Below are positions 1 through 16,924 of a stretch of 64,000 bases of DNA, in pieces; position 1 is the stretch's first letter; every line of letters starts with the position of its first letter. The stretch covers positions 56,362 through 120,361 of the forward strand of contig NIVC01003086.1 of NCBI GenBank assembly GCA_002269645.1, given 5' to 3'. The notes below the pieces were generated by a model, which saw nothing but the letters and a program-made list of their open reading frames with translations, did not search any database and was not told where the DNA came from. The stretch is from Macrostomum lignano. Taxonomy: Eukaryota. A program made the translations under genes and the position numbers.

Positions 1-217
1 TACGTCGTTTCTGTGACACGTCGTTTCTGTGACACGTCGTTTCTGTGACACGTCGTTTCTGTGACACGTCGTTTCTGTGACACGTCGTTTCTGTGACACG
101 TCGTTTCTGTGAAACGTCGTTTCTGTGACACGTCGTTTCTGTGACACGTCGTTTCTGTGACACGTCGTTTCTGTTACACGTCGTTTCTGTGACACGTCGT
201 TTCTGTGACACGTCGTT
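1..217. repeat. 16-bp tandem repeat (GTCGTTTCTGTGACAC)n, about 13 copies; degenerate copies resume at about 856-905
   Basis: Directly visible periodicity; interrupted by a GC-rich insert at about 218-855. Confidence 0.95.
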
Positions 218-855
218 GCATGCAATGATGGGTTCAGCACGCCTGTGTAGCATGAGACAGACCAGGCCTACGAGCTAAGGTCTGCAATCCTACACACCTG
301 CACCCCCTCTATTCTGGTGCAGGAATGGCAGGAGAACTCTCTCCAAGCTGACTCGCAAGCCGACCCAGGGCTTCACGCCCCGCATGTGTTCAAGGCAGCT
401 CTGGGGCTGCTGGACTGACTGGGCTCCGGCGGCGGCAACCCATCCGTGGCCTTGGCTTCTGTCTCGGCCGTTTTGGGTATGCGGCTAGTCCACAGGCTCC
501 GGAGGCAGTCCTCCTGCTTCCCTCAAGGGCCCAGTGTAGTACCGTGCTGATGGACCTTTGGTTCGGCCTCTGGTTTTCTCCAAGCCGGGCTCTTATCCGG
601 GGAGTTTCTCGGTTGATAGCAGTCGGACTGGTAAGGGCTTAAGCCACCCCCCGGTCGCTATCTCTTGGCCTGGCTGTTGGGTTTGGGGCTGCGGCCCAGC
701 GGCTTCTCACCTCTAGCCCCCACTCGCCTTTCAGCGACTCTTGGAGTAGCACCAGCTGCCCGTGGTCGTCAGGGGTTAGCAAAATGAACGGCAACGCCTC
801 CTCGCTGTTTCCGGATGCACGGAGCCCCCTGCAGCTAAGTCAAGTAAGTCAATTG
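218..855. mobile_element. GC-rich insertion splitting the 16-bp array; probable retroelement UTR or SINE fragment
   Basis: Abrupt composition change inside a satellite; ends in the short tandem AAGTCAAGTAAGTCAA, resembling RTE-type LINE terminal repeats; no recognisable ORF or TSD. Confidence 0.35.
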
Positions 856-899
856 ATACATAGTTTCTGTGACACATCGTTTCTGTGATACGTCGTTTC

Positions 900-1265
900 T
901 GTTGGCACGCCTTTTCTGTCAGCCAAGTTGATAGTGAAAGTCCCAAAAAATGGCAAGAACTGCCAAATAAAATCCAAATGTCAACTTAAAATCTAAAACT
1001 ACAGTTGTCTGAAAAAATTGTGGCAGTTTTGTTTTTACTCCGATAAGTGCTAACAGCATTGTCCAAAAGTTACTCTGGCAGTTTTATTACCTGAGAGCTC
1101 ATCTATCTACTATAAACACGTTTTATAAACCTGAAAAGAGCCGGGAGTGGCGATTGAGCGATTGACCTGCAGCTAAAACTGATTCCCGATAAGATAATTA
1201 GCCAGAGCGGACGTCAGACCGACGTTTTTCGCGTCAGATGCGCGGAGAGCCGCTAAGAGGGTTAA
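900..1265. mobile_element. Right end of a putative piggyBac-like non-autonomous element (left end would lie before the window)
   Basis: Ends ...CCGCTAAGAGGG|TTAA (AGGG 1258-1261, TTAA 1262-1265), the canonical piggyBac terminus plus target site; partner end not visible. Confidence 0.4.
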
Positions 1266-4200
1266 TTCAGCCCAGGTTAATTAAATTACGACTGCCAGGA
1301 GATGGTGGTGAATGAAGCAGAAATCAAGCACAGCAGCATTATTGAGCACACGCGCTAAGCCTGCATACATGGCATTCAGATAGTTCAAACACAGCTGCAG
1401 CATTAGGTTGCACTCAACCAATTCCAAGGATATTGCTGCAATGTCAACTGTGCAGTGTGTTTAATAAAACTTGCTCAGATATAAAACTGTGCAAATATAA
1501 AACAAGCTCCAGTTACAGTAATGAATTCATGTAGCTATACATGTACTTGCAAACTATGTTCCTAAGCATCTCATCGCAATGTATATTACTGTTAATGCTG
1601 TAGAGAAGTTTCAGCTACATATTGTGCATAGAGCATGTTCATGCGTACACGAATTCAAAAAGAGGGAATGTTTAATTTTTCGTCCAGTATATTTGTCAAG
1701 CAATACTCTGTCATTATTGTTTACATTTTTCTATAACTAAGTGTATCAAAAGCACACTGGGACATTTTTGTCAAGCCTGAGCACTGCACCATATGCGATC
1801 TATCCGCGTACTTTTATCGCAATATAACTTTTGGTAACTTTGGAAAGAATTGCAGACGTTCCTATAGGGGCCTCTGCAGTGCAGTTCCCGTTGCTGCATA
1901 TCAATCACTTCTATGCTGAGTCAACTACTCGTAAGAGTATTATATGTAGCTGCCCCGTGGACAGAATTTTCAATTTTTATCGATGAAGATTTACGAAATA
2001 TGAGCAAGTTTATTGGGAATTTTAGACTGATAGACTAATAGACTGATTGGGAATTATGATTATAGGCTGAATACTTGTAGTTACTAATGTCCCAAAAAAG
2101 CAGCTTGTGCTGCGCAAAAGTAAGGATTGGGCCACCAGCTCAATTCTAGGAAAAAAGGCGCCATTCTAAAAGTTAAAGCGCCATTCTGTGAATCTGGGCG
2201 CCAATCTGGGAACGAAGGCGTCACTTTAGGAAGACTTTATGCCAGGCCATGAATGTGTATAAAAAATTTTAACACTTTGGGCCCATGATGACTCTATTAA
2301 TGGGTTTCGATTTTTGATCATCCTGACGGACATTTGGAACCTCCACCTATATATTTATATCGCTAATCGTAATTCAGATAAATTTATAGTAGCTCGTATA
2401 TATGCAATATATATTAACTAGTAAAGAATTTTTGAAACAGCTCAAATAGTTACTTTGCATTAGGCTGTCAATTAATCATCGACGGTGCGGCTCCACATGA
2501 TGTGTACATTAAAATGATTGAGAAACACACATTAGTAAAGATGTTGAGTCAATGTGTTAGACGTAACATGCAGATATTACCAGCCTTTTTCTAAAAGTGC
2601 TTCATGAACTACGAGCGTATAGGCCTTATTACACAACACAATAAGAGTTACTTTTGCCTTTAGGCTTGTTCTGTACTTCTACTTTAGTTGCCCTTGAGCA
2701 GGTCTTATATGTGTATATTAATTAGGCTTTGCCTATGACAAAAGAACATCAAATCTAATGAAAAAGTCGATCAGCAACTATAGATATCAACCGTCCGAAA
2801 GCAAATAGGCCACATGTAGCAGACGTACGTATATTGTGTAATCCAAGAGTTGAATCGTTGGCTTGTTTCATGTAGAGCAAGATAAAAGCCAATAAAAGGA
2901 CAATCATGTACACCAGTCTCAGAAATCATTTCATGATGGCCTAGACAGCTCAGCTCGTGAAACACAAAGAAATTAGTTTTTAAAAACTAAAGGGACGTCA
3001 GATTTAAATAAATGTTTCTAAATGTTTTGGCTTTTTTAAGTACGTGTCATGCTAAGTATCTTTCCCAGTTGGAGTAAACCATTATGTCACTGCTTTAGCA
3101 GCACCGAAAGTACAATTTTCTTGATGATTTATGATAGTCAATTTGAAATTTGAAAACCGATATAGCGTGTATGTACAACTCATAATATAAAACAATAGTT
3201 AAAAATCCGCGAGCTTAGCAAGTAGCATGCATTAACAAAGCCGATCACTAAGTGAATGACTCTAAAAGCAAAGACACATTGTAATAGAATTTATTGGTTG
3301 TTATTTCTATTTAACAAAAAATTTCGCAGTATAATCTTTTATATTGCAGTATCTGTATTAAATTATAATGTCTTCATATTCAAACGAGACTGTTTCGCAA
3401 ATTTTCTATGATGAATAGTTCTCTTCTTTTTCTTAAATTGCATTTTTTTCTTCTGTAGTTGTTAAGTCTTTGCAGTTTTATAGTTTTATATATGTGAAAA
3501 TATTTTATATCTAGACATGCTAGGTGGTGGAGTATCGAATTAATTAATAACATTTAAGTAGTCCAGCCAAACCTGAAACAAACCACCTGCTGCTTTCTTT
3601 CCTTTTCTAAATAAGCTCCTTTTTCTGTTTTCAACATCTTAACTACCAACTACTGCATTTTGTCTGTAGCAAATTATGTATCCCTAACGCCATTTATCTG
3701 ATAGCTGTATTAAAAAGCCACGTAGGCCTAATGCACAAAACTTTTTAAAAATAAAAAATCACATTAGGGCCTAGGCCTATAGCAAAGTGTCTCAAGACAA
3801 TATCAATAGTTGAATGTTTACTATGACATTATTATTATTCTTCTATAAGAGCCTATCCATATATATTCACTTTTGTTTTGCAATAATTTAAGTAGAGAGA
3901 TTTTATAAAGCTTATTATAGGACAAAACTGAAAAGAGATTAGGCACTAGAATAAAGCACATTTAGCACTAAATAGCACTAAAACAGATGTCTACAACATT
4001 AAAATCCTATATACTAAAAATGAAAATCTTGCTTGCTTGTAATCGATTAGAGAAAAAATGGCTTAACCGATTTTCATGAGACTTGCACTGTTTGATCAGA
4101 AATTTTCCCGTGACGGTACATGCATCTTGGCTAAAAAATTGCTCCATGTTAAAGGGATTAAATATTCGAAAAACATGCTTTTTTGCAAAGGTCAAGCAAA

Positions 4201-4599
4201 CTTTTCGACTTGAAATGCATTGTAAGAATGCTAGAAAAAAAACTGACTGGTTGAATTCTGATTCTGAAATAGATTGCATCATAACTGAATTGTAACTCTG
4301 ACTTGAATTGAAAATGCAGTGTGGAAGCGTAGCACCAGACTTGATTTAAATTGCGTAACCATATTGTTAACTGATACTGACTGACTGAGAAATTGATTAT
4401 GTCATAACTGCCTCGTGTGATTTACTCCATGCTTGGAGTTTTGAAACTTATAATTATAAGTGCTAAAATTCATATTATCAAAACGATGAGAGCTAGCCTA
4501 GAGGTAAACAGACTGACTGCTAAATGCAGGGACAATGGTTCGAATTTTTAGAGAGTGGAATTTTTTTAATTAAAGCTTTTTAACACCAAGAAGAAAACT

Positions 4600-6060
4600 A
4601 AAAAATCATAGAAGCGTCATGTAAAAAATCATAGAAGCGTCATGTAAAAAATCATAGAAGCGTCATGTAAAAAATCATGGAAGCGTCATGAAAAAATCAT
4701 AGGAGCGTCATGAAAAAATCATAGAAGCGTCATGTAAACAATCATAGAAGCGTCATGTAAAAAATCATAGAAGCGTCATGTAAACAATCATACGAGTAGA
4801 AGCGTCATGTAAACAATCATAGAAGCGTCATGCAAAAAATCATAGAAGTGTCATATAAAAAATCATGGAAGCGTCATGTAAAAATCATAGAAGCGTCATG
4901 AAAAAATCATAAAAGCGTCATGTAAAAAATCATAGAAGCGTCATGAAAAAAAATCATGGAAGCGTCATGTAAAAATCATAGAAGTGTCATGTAAAAAATC
5001 ATGGAAGCGTCATGTAAAAAATCATAGAAGCGTCATGTAAAAATCATAGAAGCGTCATGTAAAAATCATAGAAGCGTCATGTAAAAAATCATGGAAGCAT
5101 CATGTAAAAATCATAGTAGCGTCATGTAAAAAATCATAGAAGCGTCATGAAAAAATCATAGAAGCGTCATGTAAAAATCATAGAAGCGTCATGTAAACAA
5201 TCATAGAAGCGTCCTGCAGATATCGTAGAAGCGTCATGAAATAATCATAGAAGCGTCATGTAAAAAGCATAGAAGCGTCATGTAAAAAATCATGGAAGCG
5301 TCATGTAAAAATCATAGTAGCGTCATGTAAAAATCATAGAAGCGTCATGAAAAAATCATAGAAGCGTCATGAATAAAACATAGGAGCGTCTTGAAAAAAT
5401 CATAGAAACGTCATGTAAAAATCATAGAAGCGTCATGTAAAAATCATAGAATCGTCATATAAAAAGCATAGAAGTGTCATGTAAACAATCATAGAAGCGT
5501 CATATAAAAAGCATAGAAGCGTCATATAAACAATCACAGAAGCGTCATGAAAAAATCATGGAAGCGTCATGTAAAAATCATAGAAGTGTCATGTAAAAAA
5601 TCATGGAAGCGTCATATAAAAAGCATAGAAGCGTCATATAAACAATCACAGAAGCGTCATGAAAAAATCATGGAAGCGTCATGTAAAAATCATAGAAGTG
5701 TCATGTAAAAAATCATGGAAGCGTCATGAAAAAATCATAGAAGCGTCATGAAAAGATCATAGGAGTGTCATGAAAAAATCATAGAAGCATCATGTAAAAA
5801 TCATAGAAGCGTCCTGCAGAAATCGTAGAAGCATCATGTAAAAATCATAGAAGCGTCATGAAATAATCATAGAAGCGTCATGTAAAAAGCATAGAAGCGT
5901 CATGTAAAAAGCATAGAAGCGTCATGTAAACAATCATAGAAGCGTCATGAAAAAATCATAGAAGCCTCATTTAAAAACTAATGAAAGCGTCATTTAAAAA
6001 ATTAAGAAGCATCATGGAAGAATAAAAGAAGTGTAATGTAAAAATCAAAAGAAGCGTCAT
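4600..6060. repeat. 21-22-bp satellite (AAAAATCATAGAAGCGTCATGT)n inside Helitron copy 1
   Basis: Direct periodicity, degenerating at the 3' end. Confidence 0.95.
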
Positions 6061-6843
6061 GTCAGACATGAAGGATGTCATGTAAAAATGAAATGCAGCT
6101 ATAATGCTGTGCTGGGAAGAAAAACTGAGACGTAAAGGCTCTCAGAGAATAACTGAGATTACGGGGGGGGTTTCTGAGATGTCAAAGCAAAAGTCAGAAG
6201 CTACTTCAAAGTTCATGTAATTTACTCAATTTTTTATTGCATTCTTTGTTGGCTCGCCATTGGGGGGGGTGCTGATAGAAGAAGAGTCATGTAAAAAATA
6301 AAAGTAGCACTATGTATACATAAAATAAAAGTCATGTCGAAGTTAAAAGATTCATTTGGGAATTGCTACGATGTCAAAGCTTGGTGGAAATCGTTATAGT
6401 GCTGTGATTCTTAAAGAAGGAATCACTAAAATGTCAAGGCTTAGGGGAGAAGAATTGCTGAGATTTCAAGGCTTTAGGTTGGGTTAAAGTTAGGTTTAGG
6501 TCAGGTTTGGGTTGAGGGTTATATTTTATCGGGTTTCAAGGTTAACAGTGGATTTTTTAGATTTCAAGGTTTATGGGGGCCATCGCTGACATGTCAAGGC
6601 TTACGGACGGGGGGGAATAGCTGAGATGTCAAGGCTCACGGGGGTATAAATGAGATTTCAAGGCTAAAGTCAGAAGCTACATGTAGTTTATTGAAAACTT
6701 TTTATTACATTATTTGATGCCTCCTCAGGCGAGGGATCACTGATAAAAAAAGCATTATGTAAAAAAATAAAAGAAGCTTATCGCTATAATGCTGTAGTAG
6801 TGCTATAATGACTATTAGAGAGAATTACTGAAATTTCAATGCT

Positions 6844-6888
6844 TTAGGGTTAGGTTAGGGTTAGGGTTAGGGTTAGGGTTAGGGTTAG
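6844..6888 (+). repeat. Interstitial (TTAGGG)n tract, about 6-7 units
   Basis: TTAGGGTTAGGTTAGGGTTAGGG...; a degenerate paralogous tract lies at about 6475-6520. Confidence 0.85.
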
Positions 6889-7113
6889 AAGGTTGACAGA
6901 TATTTTTAGATTTCCAAGGCTTATTGGGGGCATTGCTGAGATGTCAAGGGGGGGAAGTTGATATGTTAAAGCTAGGGGGGGGGGAATTACTGACATGTCA
7001 AGGCTTACAAGGTTTGACAGGAGATTTTTTAAGATTTCAAGGATACATGTAGCTTATTAAAAAAACGTGTATTGCATTTCTTTGGCTCCCCAACGGGGGG
7101 CGTAGATTGCTAG

Positions 7114-10100
7114 TCCATATACTAAAAATGGTCTGTCGGTATATGTGTGTGTGTGTGATCGATTTTAGCAAAAACGGCTCAACTGATTTTGTTCGAACTT
7201 GCACTGTTCAATCAGAAATTTTTCCGTGACGGTACATGCATCTTGGCTAAGAAATTGCTCAATATTAAAGGGATTAAATATTCGAAAAACATGCTTTTTT
7301 GCAAAGGTCAAGCAGCTCTTTCGACTTGAAATGCATTGTGAGAATGCTAGCAGAAAAACTGACTGGTTGAATTCTGATTCTGAAATAGATTGCATCACAA
7401 TACACTTTATTTATCGTCTGTGTACTGGCTGAATTTGACACTCAATTGAATTGCGTCACAGCTTTGAGTGTGAAAGCATAGCGCAGTACTGAATTTATAT
7501 TATGTAACCATATTGTTAACTTTCATAGACACTGGTACTGACTTGCCTAAGAAATTGATTATGTCATAACTGCTTCGTGTGACTTTTTACTCTACCTGAC
7601 TTGGTGTGAGTGTTGAATCACTGATAACTTCGATGAGAGCTAGCCTAGAGCTGAACAGACCAGACTGCTAATGCAGCGAACTGGGTTCGAATCTAAGTAG
7701 CTTAAAAGTAGTAGTGTAAAATTTTTTATTAAAAGCTTTTATTAAAGAACTAAATAAAAACACTTAGATTACTGCACTCGGTAAACCAAGGACTATTGCT
7801 CTTGGCAAACCAAGGATTACTGCACTCAATAAACCAAGGTCTATTGCTCTTGGCAAACCAAGGATTACTGCACTTGATTAACCAAGGATTATTGCTATTA
7901 ATAAACCAAGGATTACTGCACTCGATAAGCCAAGGATTATTGCTATTAATAAACCAATGATTACTGCACTCGATAAGCCAAGGATTATTGCTATTAATAA
8001 ACCAAGGATTACTGCACTCGATAAGCCAAGGACTATTGCTATTAATAAACCAAGGATTACTGCACTTGGCAAACCAAGGATTACTGCACTCGATAAGCCA
8101 TGGATAATTGCTATTAATAAACCAAGGATTACTGCACTCGATAAGCAAGGATTATTGCTATTAATAAACCAAGAATTACTGCACTCAATAAACCAAGGAC
8201 TATTGCTCTTGGCAAACCAAAGATTACTGCACTTGATTAATCAAGGATTATTGCTATTAATAAACCAATGATTACTGCACTCGATAAGCCATGGATTATT
8301 GCTATTAATAAACCAAGGATTACTGCACTTGATAAGCCATGGATTATTGCTATTAATAAACCAAGGATTACTGCACTCGATAAGCCAAGGATTATTGCTA
8401 TTAATAAACCAAGGATTACTGCACTCGATAAGCCAAGGATTATTGCTATTAATAAACCAAGGATTACTGCACTTGGCAAACCAAGGATACTGCACTCGAT
8501 AAGCCAAGGATTATTGCTATTAATAAACCAAGGATTACTGCACTCAATAAACCAAGGACTATTGCTCTTGGCAAACCAAGGATTACTGTACTCAATAAAC
8601 CAAGGACTATTGCTCTTGGCAAACCATGGATTACTGCACTTGATTAATCAAGGATTATTGCTATTAATAAACCAAGGATTACTGCACTCGATAAGCCAAG
8701 GATTATTGCTATTAATAAACCAATGATTACTGCACTCGATAAGCCAAGGATTATTGCTATTAATAAACCAAGGACTACTGCACTCGATAAGCCAAGGATT
8801 ATTGCTATTAATAAACCAAGGATTACTGCACTTGGCAAACCAAGGATTACTGCACTCGATAAGCCAAGGATTATTGCTATTAATAAACCAAGGATTAATG
8901 CACTTGATTAATCAAGGATTATTACTATTAATAAACCAAGGATTACTGCACTCGATAAGCCATGGATAATTGCTATTAATAAACCAAGGATTACTGCACT
9001 CGATAAGCCAAGGATTATTGCTATTAATAAACCAAGGATTACTGCACTCAATAAACCAAGGACTATTGCTCTTGGCAAACCAAGGATTACTGCAATCAAT
9101 AAACCAAGGACTATTGCTCTTGGCAAACCAAGGATTACTGCACTTGATTAATCAAGGATTATTGCTATTAATAAACCAAGGATTACTGCACTCAATAAAG
9201 CAAGGACTATTGCTCTTGGCAAACCAAGGATTACTGCACTCAATAAACCAAGGACTATTGCTCTTGGCAAACCATGGATTACTGCACTTGATTAATCAAT
9301 GATTATTGCTATTAATAAACCAAGGATACTGCACTCGATAAGCCATGGATTATTGCTATTAATAAACCAAGGATTACTGCACTTGGCAAACCAAGGATTA
9401 CTGCACTCGATAAGCCAAGGATTATTGCTATTAATAAACCAAGGATTAATGCACTTGATTAATCAAGGATTATTGCTATTAATAAACCAAGGATTACTGC
9501 ACTCGATGAGCCATGGATTATTGCCATTAATAAACCAAGGATTACTGCACTTGATAAGCCAAGGATTATTGCTATTAATAAACCAAGGATTACTGCACTT
9601 GGCAAACCAAGGATTACTGCACTCGATAAGCCAAGAATTATTGCTATTAATAAACCAAGGATTACTGCACTCGATAGCCAAGGATTACTGCTATTAATAA
9701 ACCAAGGATTACTGCACTCGATAGCCAAGGATTACTGCTCTTGATAAGCTTGGCTACATGTATAGGATTATTTCTATCCAGGGATGCTTGCTATTTAGGG
9801 ATTCTTGCTTTGTGCAGGATGCTTGCTATCTGGAAGGATGCTTCTACATTATTTGGGGTATGCTTGCTATCTGCAAGATACTTGCTATCTGCAAATGCTT
9901 GCTATCTGGGTGGATGCTTGCTAGGAGTATTAGGGAATGCTTGCTATCTGGGTGGATGCTTGCTAGGAGTATTAGGGGATGCTTGCTACTGGGGGGATGC
10001 TTGCTGTCTTGGGAATATTTTCTATTTAGGGGTAATGACTGTGATCTTTGTGAAAGCTATACTTTCTTGTCTGTTTATTAATTTTACCAATCTTGTTGGC

Positions 10101-10484
10101 GAAGCCTTCTGCAAAAACATCTTAGTTCTTATCCTTTTGACTATAGCTTTGAACTGTTCTGTTTTTATTCGATAATTCGTTGGAAATTAATAAAGACAAT
10201 ATTGTTCAGTTTAATAGACTTTTTTTTAGCTGTAGTTGCTTTTCCAGTCGTTGCAGAGCGTACTGCTTGCACCGCAACAGAAGTAGTACGCTATTGCTCT
10301 GAAAGAAGGCAAGTAGGTTGAATTGTCAGTTTTAAAATTCTAAACAAGCATGTTTTATTGGTACATAAGCCCCAGAATTAAAATGAGAATTCGATTCCTA
10401 GCCCCCTCCCTAAGAATTCTTTTCATTTTAAAGGATTCGTCCCTTGCTTATTGGCCACCCCGAAGGGGGGCACTAGATTGCTAG
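7114..10484 (+). mobile_element. Non-autonomous Helitron-like element, copy 2, head-to-tail with copy 1, carrying a 24/48-bp satellite
   Basis: 5' TCCATATACTAAAAATG; 3' hairpin CACCCCGAAGGGGGG then GATTGCTAG|T (CTAG 10481-10484); composite insertion sits at an A|T site with matching degenerate flanks. Confidence 0.75.
7765..9745. repeat. Satellite of about 24-bp units with higher-order alternation (AAACCAAGGATTACTGCACTCGAT / AAGCCAAGGATTATTGCTATTAAT) inside Helitron copy 2
   Basis: Direct periodicity; source of the spurious ORFs at 7750-9728. Confidence 0.95.
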
Positions 10485-11139
10485 TGAGTGTCTATAACAC
10501 TAAAATAAGTGCCTGTAGTGCTAAAAAGAGTGCCTGTGGTACTAAAAAGTTCCTATCCATGGAGCTAGGCCTAAGAAGAGTGCTTATAGTATCAAAATAA
10601 ATAGGCTACCCATGGCCACAATGCTATAATGAGCATTGACAATACCCATTTTTTAAGTTATGGACATGTAAAAAGTTGGTTATATAAATGTACTTATTGA
10701 ATTCTTTGCTTTGTCTTTTACTATAAAGTTGATAGTGATGCCCTTGATAGTAAAATTATATATAGCCATAGATTGTAGCATAAAAATAAATAAAACTAAA
10801 CTAAGTAAAAATTTCATTTTAAAAGTTAGTTACTCATTCTAGAGATAGTTTTAATCAATGCCCTATTGTCAAAACCAAATATTATAGACCATGTTTATAT
10901 GTATAAAATTGATCAAATCTAATATAATTTTCTATTTTTCTATATACTTTTATATAGACATGCATATATTTTCCCTTACCTTTGTCTTATAACCACTTCA
11001 ATAGAAATTAAGTATATTAAGTATGAATAATAAAGGATCATAAGACCAAGGTGAGGTGGAGAAGTATATCTTAGTCTTCTTAAAGACATTAAAGCCTTAT
11101 TAACTTAAACAATTATGATCCTAAACCATTCATATATAT

Positions 11140-11292
11140 GCAACCTTGGGAATCACTTGGCCATTTCTATTGGCCACACATATATAGAAGTTGTTATTGG
11201 CTGAGAGCAGTCACATGAATACTATTCCATCCAATAGCAACTTACATGTATGTGTTGCCAATAGAAATGGCCGAGTTAATCCCAAGGTTGCG
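11140..11292. repeat. Imperfect inverted repeat (arms about 46 bp, spacer about 58 nt), probable foldback/MITE remnant
   Basis: GCAACCTTGGGAATCACTTGGCCATTTCTATTGGC pairs with GCCAATAGAAATGGCCGAGTTAATCCCAAGGTTGC. Confidence 0.75.
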
Positions 11293-11554
11293 CATGTTTG
11301 AATACTTTGACTATCATTAAATGATTTAACATAATTGAATATAAGCTTCAAAATATGGCTTTGTCTTCTAATATTTTTATGTGCTATATACAAAATATAT
11401 GTTTTAGGGCTTGTTTTTCTATTATTAGTTAAATAATTATTTAGTCAGAAGTTTTTATCTATTGCCAACCAAGTTAGTCTTTTTTCTTATTATACTATGC
11501 TCTATCTTATTTTTTCCTTTGTATTACTATGACTATGCCATACCCTATTGGAAT

Positions 11555-12303
11555 CCCTATTGGAATAAGTTGACAAAACGCGGACGAGCGTCCGTCGCAT
11601 TTTTGGATTCTCCTGGTGTCGCATCGCGCGACAGTGGTGTCAAGTGGTGTGTCGCGTCGCGCGACACTGTGGAAACCTGGTGTCATCATGCGTCGTGTCG
11701 CGCAACACGACACAACAAGACGCGAAAGTGTGGCAACTTGGCGGCTGGTGTCGTCATGTGTCGCGTTGCGGCCTAGATCTGCAGCCAAAACCTCGCAAAC
11801 TGTGTTTCATTGTAATAATATGTTCACGGTTGTTTCTTGGTATTTAAATGTTTCAAAAATGTTTGATAAAAACTAATTCTTGAATTGTTCTTTTTTATTT
11901 TGACGGTAAAATAACTAATACTTCAAATATAATTTTTAGAAATGTTACTTGTTAGTTACAATGCATGCGCTGTTTTTCTAACTGTTGTACCTTTGTTGTT
12001 TTACTGTTTATTGTTTTTAAATTTCATTTCTTTTTCCGCGAAATTGAAAGGAATACTCTCGTCCCTCGCTCCATGGTCTTGGTGTCGGGAGTGAACGGCA
12101 GAACGAGAATTGTCAATTGCAACGTGGCTGCTGTGGCGTCCTCCCCCCCCCCCCCCCCCAGTCATTCGGTCAACAGACATCGGTGTTGTGTCGCGCGTCG
12201 CCGCCCCCAGTCAACAAAATTTGGTGTCGCGTCGCACTTTTGAGGGCACAATTTTGGCACCCGTGTCGCGCGTCCGCGGTTTTTGAAACTTATTCCAATA
12301 GGG
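11555..12303. mobile_element. 749-bp MITE with about 33-bp TIRs and an 8-bp TSD (ATTGGAAT)
   Basis: TIR CCCTATTGGAATAAGTTGACAAAACGCGGACG / CGTCCGCGGTTTTTGAAACTTATTCCAATAGGG; ATTGGAAT at 11547-11554 and 12304-12311; subterminal GTGTCGC/GCGACAC repeats. Confidence 0.85.
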
Positions 12304-12506
12304 ATTGGAATAGCAAGTATTTTTTCCAAATTATTGGCTATTAGTACTTTTTCTAAAATATCATTGCCAATGCAAACATTAGATATTTATTAATAGATAT
12401 ATTATTTGTTTCTCAAAACAAAAATTTATGCTGGGACAGTGATGTAGATACAATCAATTGAATTGGATTTGTCAAGCAGTTTGTTCAATTCCTGGCCTCA
12501 CTGGAC

Positions 12507-16799
<4,293 letters not shown>

Positions 16800-16924
16800 G
16801 GTGCACGGCAAGTTTTCGAATAATAAATTCGCACGGATATCACCATAGCAACCGTAAAAATAGGTTATCCCCGGTAATTTATTTGAAGCACTCCGATGCC
16901 GTCTTAGCTTAATAGAAAGATAAA

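Larger units (their letters stand above)
4005..7113 (+). mobile_element. Non-autonomous Helitron-like element, copy 1, carrying a 21-22-bp satellite
   Basis: 5' A|TCCTATATACTAAAAATG; 3' GC hairpin CCCCAACGGGGGG then GATTGCTAG (CTAG 7110-7113); first about 600 bp homologous to 7114-7700. Confidence 0.75.

Noticed and set aside
790-840. HDV-like ribozyme (GCCTCCTCGCTG resembles the HDV L3 loop)
   Set aside because: P3 partner (GTT instead of GGC) and the adjacent P1' do not pair as required
4007-4295. Similar ORFs at 4.0-4.3 and 7.2-7.4 kb as a duplicated gene
   Set aside because: Lie in Helitron 5' non-coding sequence; short, open on both strands, no recognisable protein
6844-6888. True telomere or fusion scar
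   Set aside because: Only about 7 units, one orientation, embedded in a duplicated transposon module
7750-9728. Many 60-150 aa ORFs on both strands
   Set aside because: Translations of the 24-bp satellite; no coding signature
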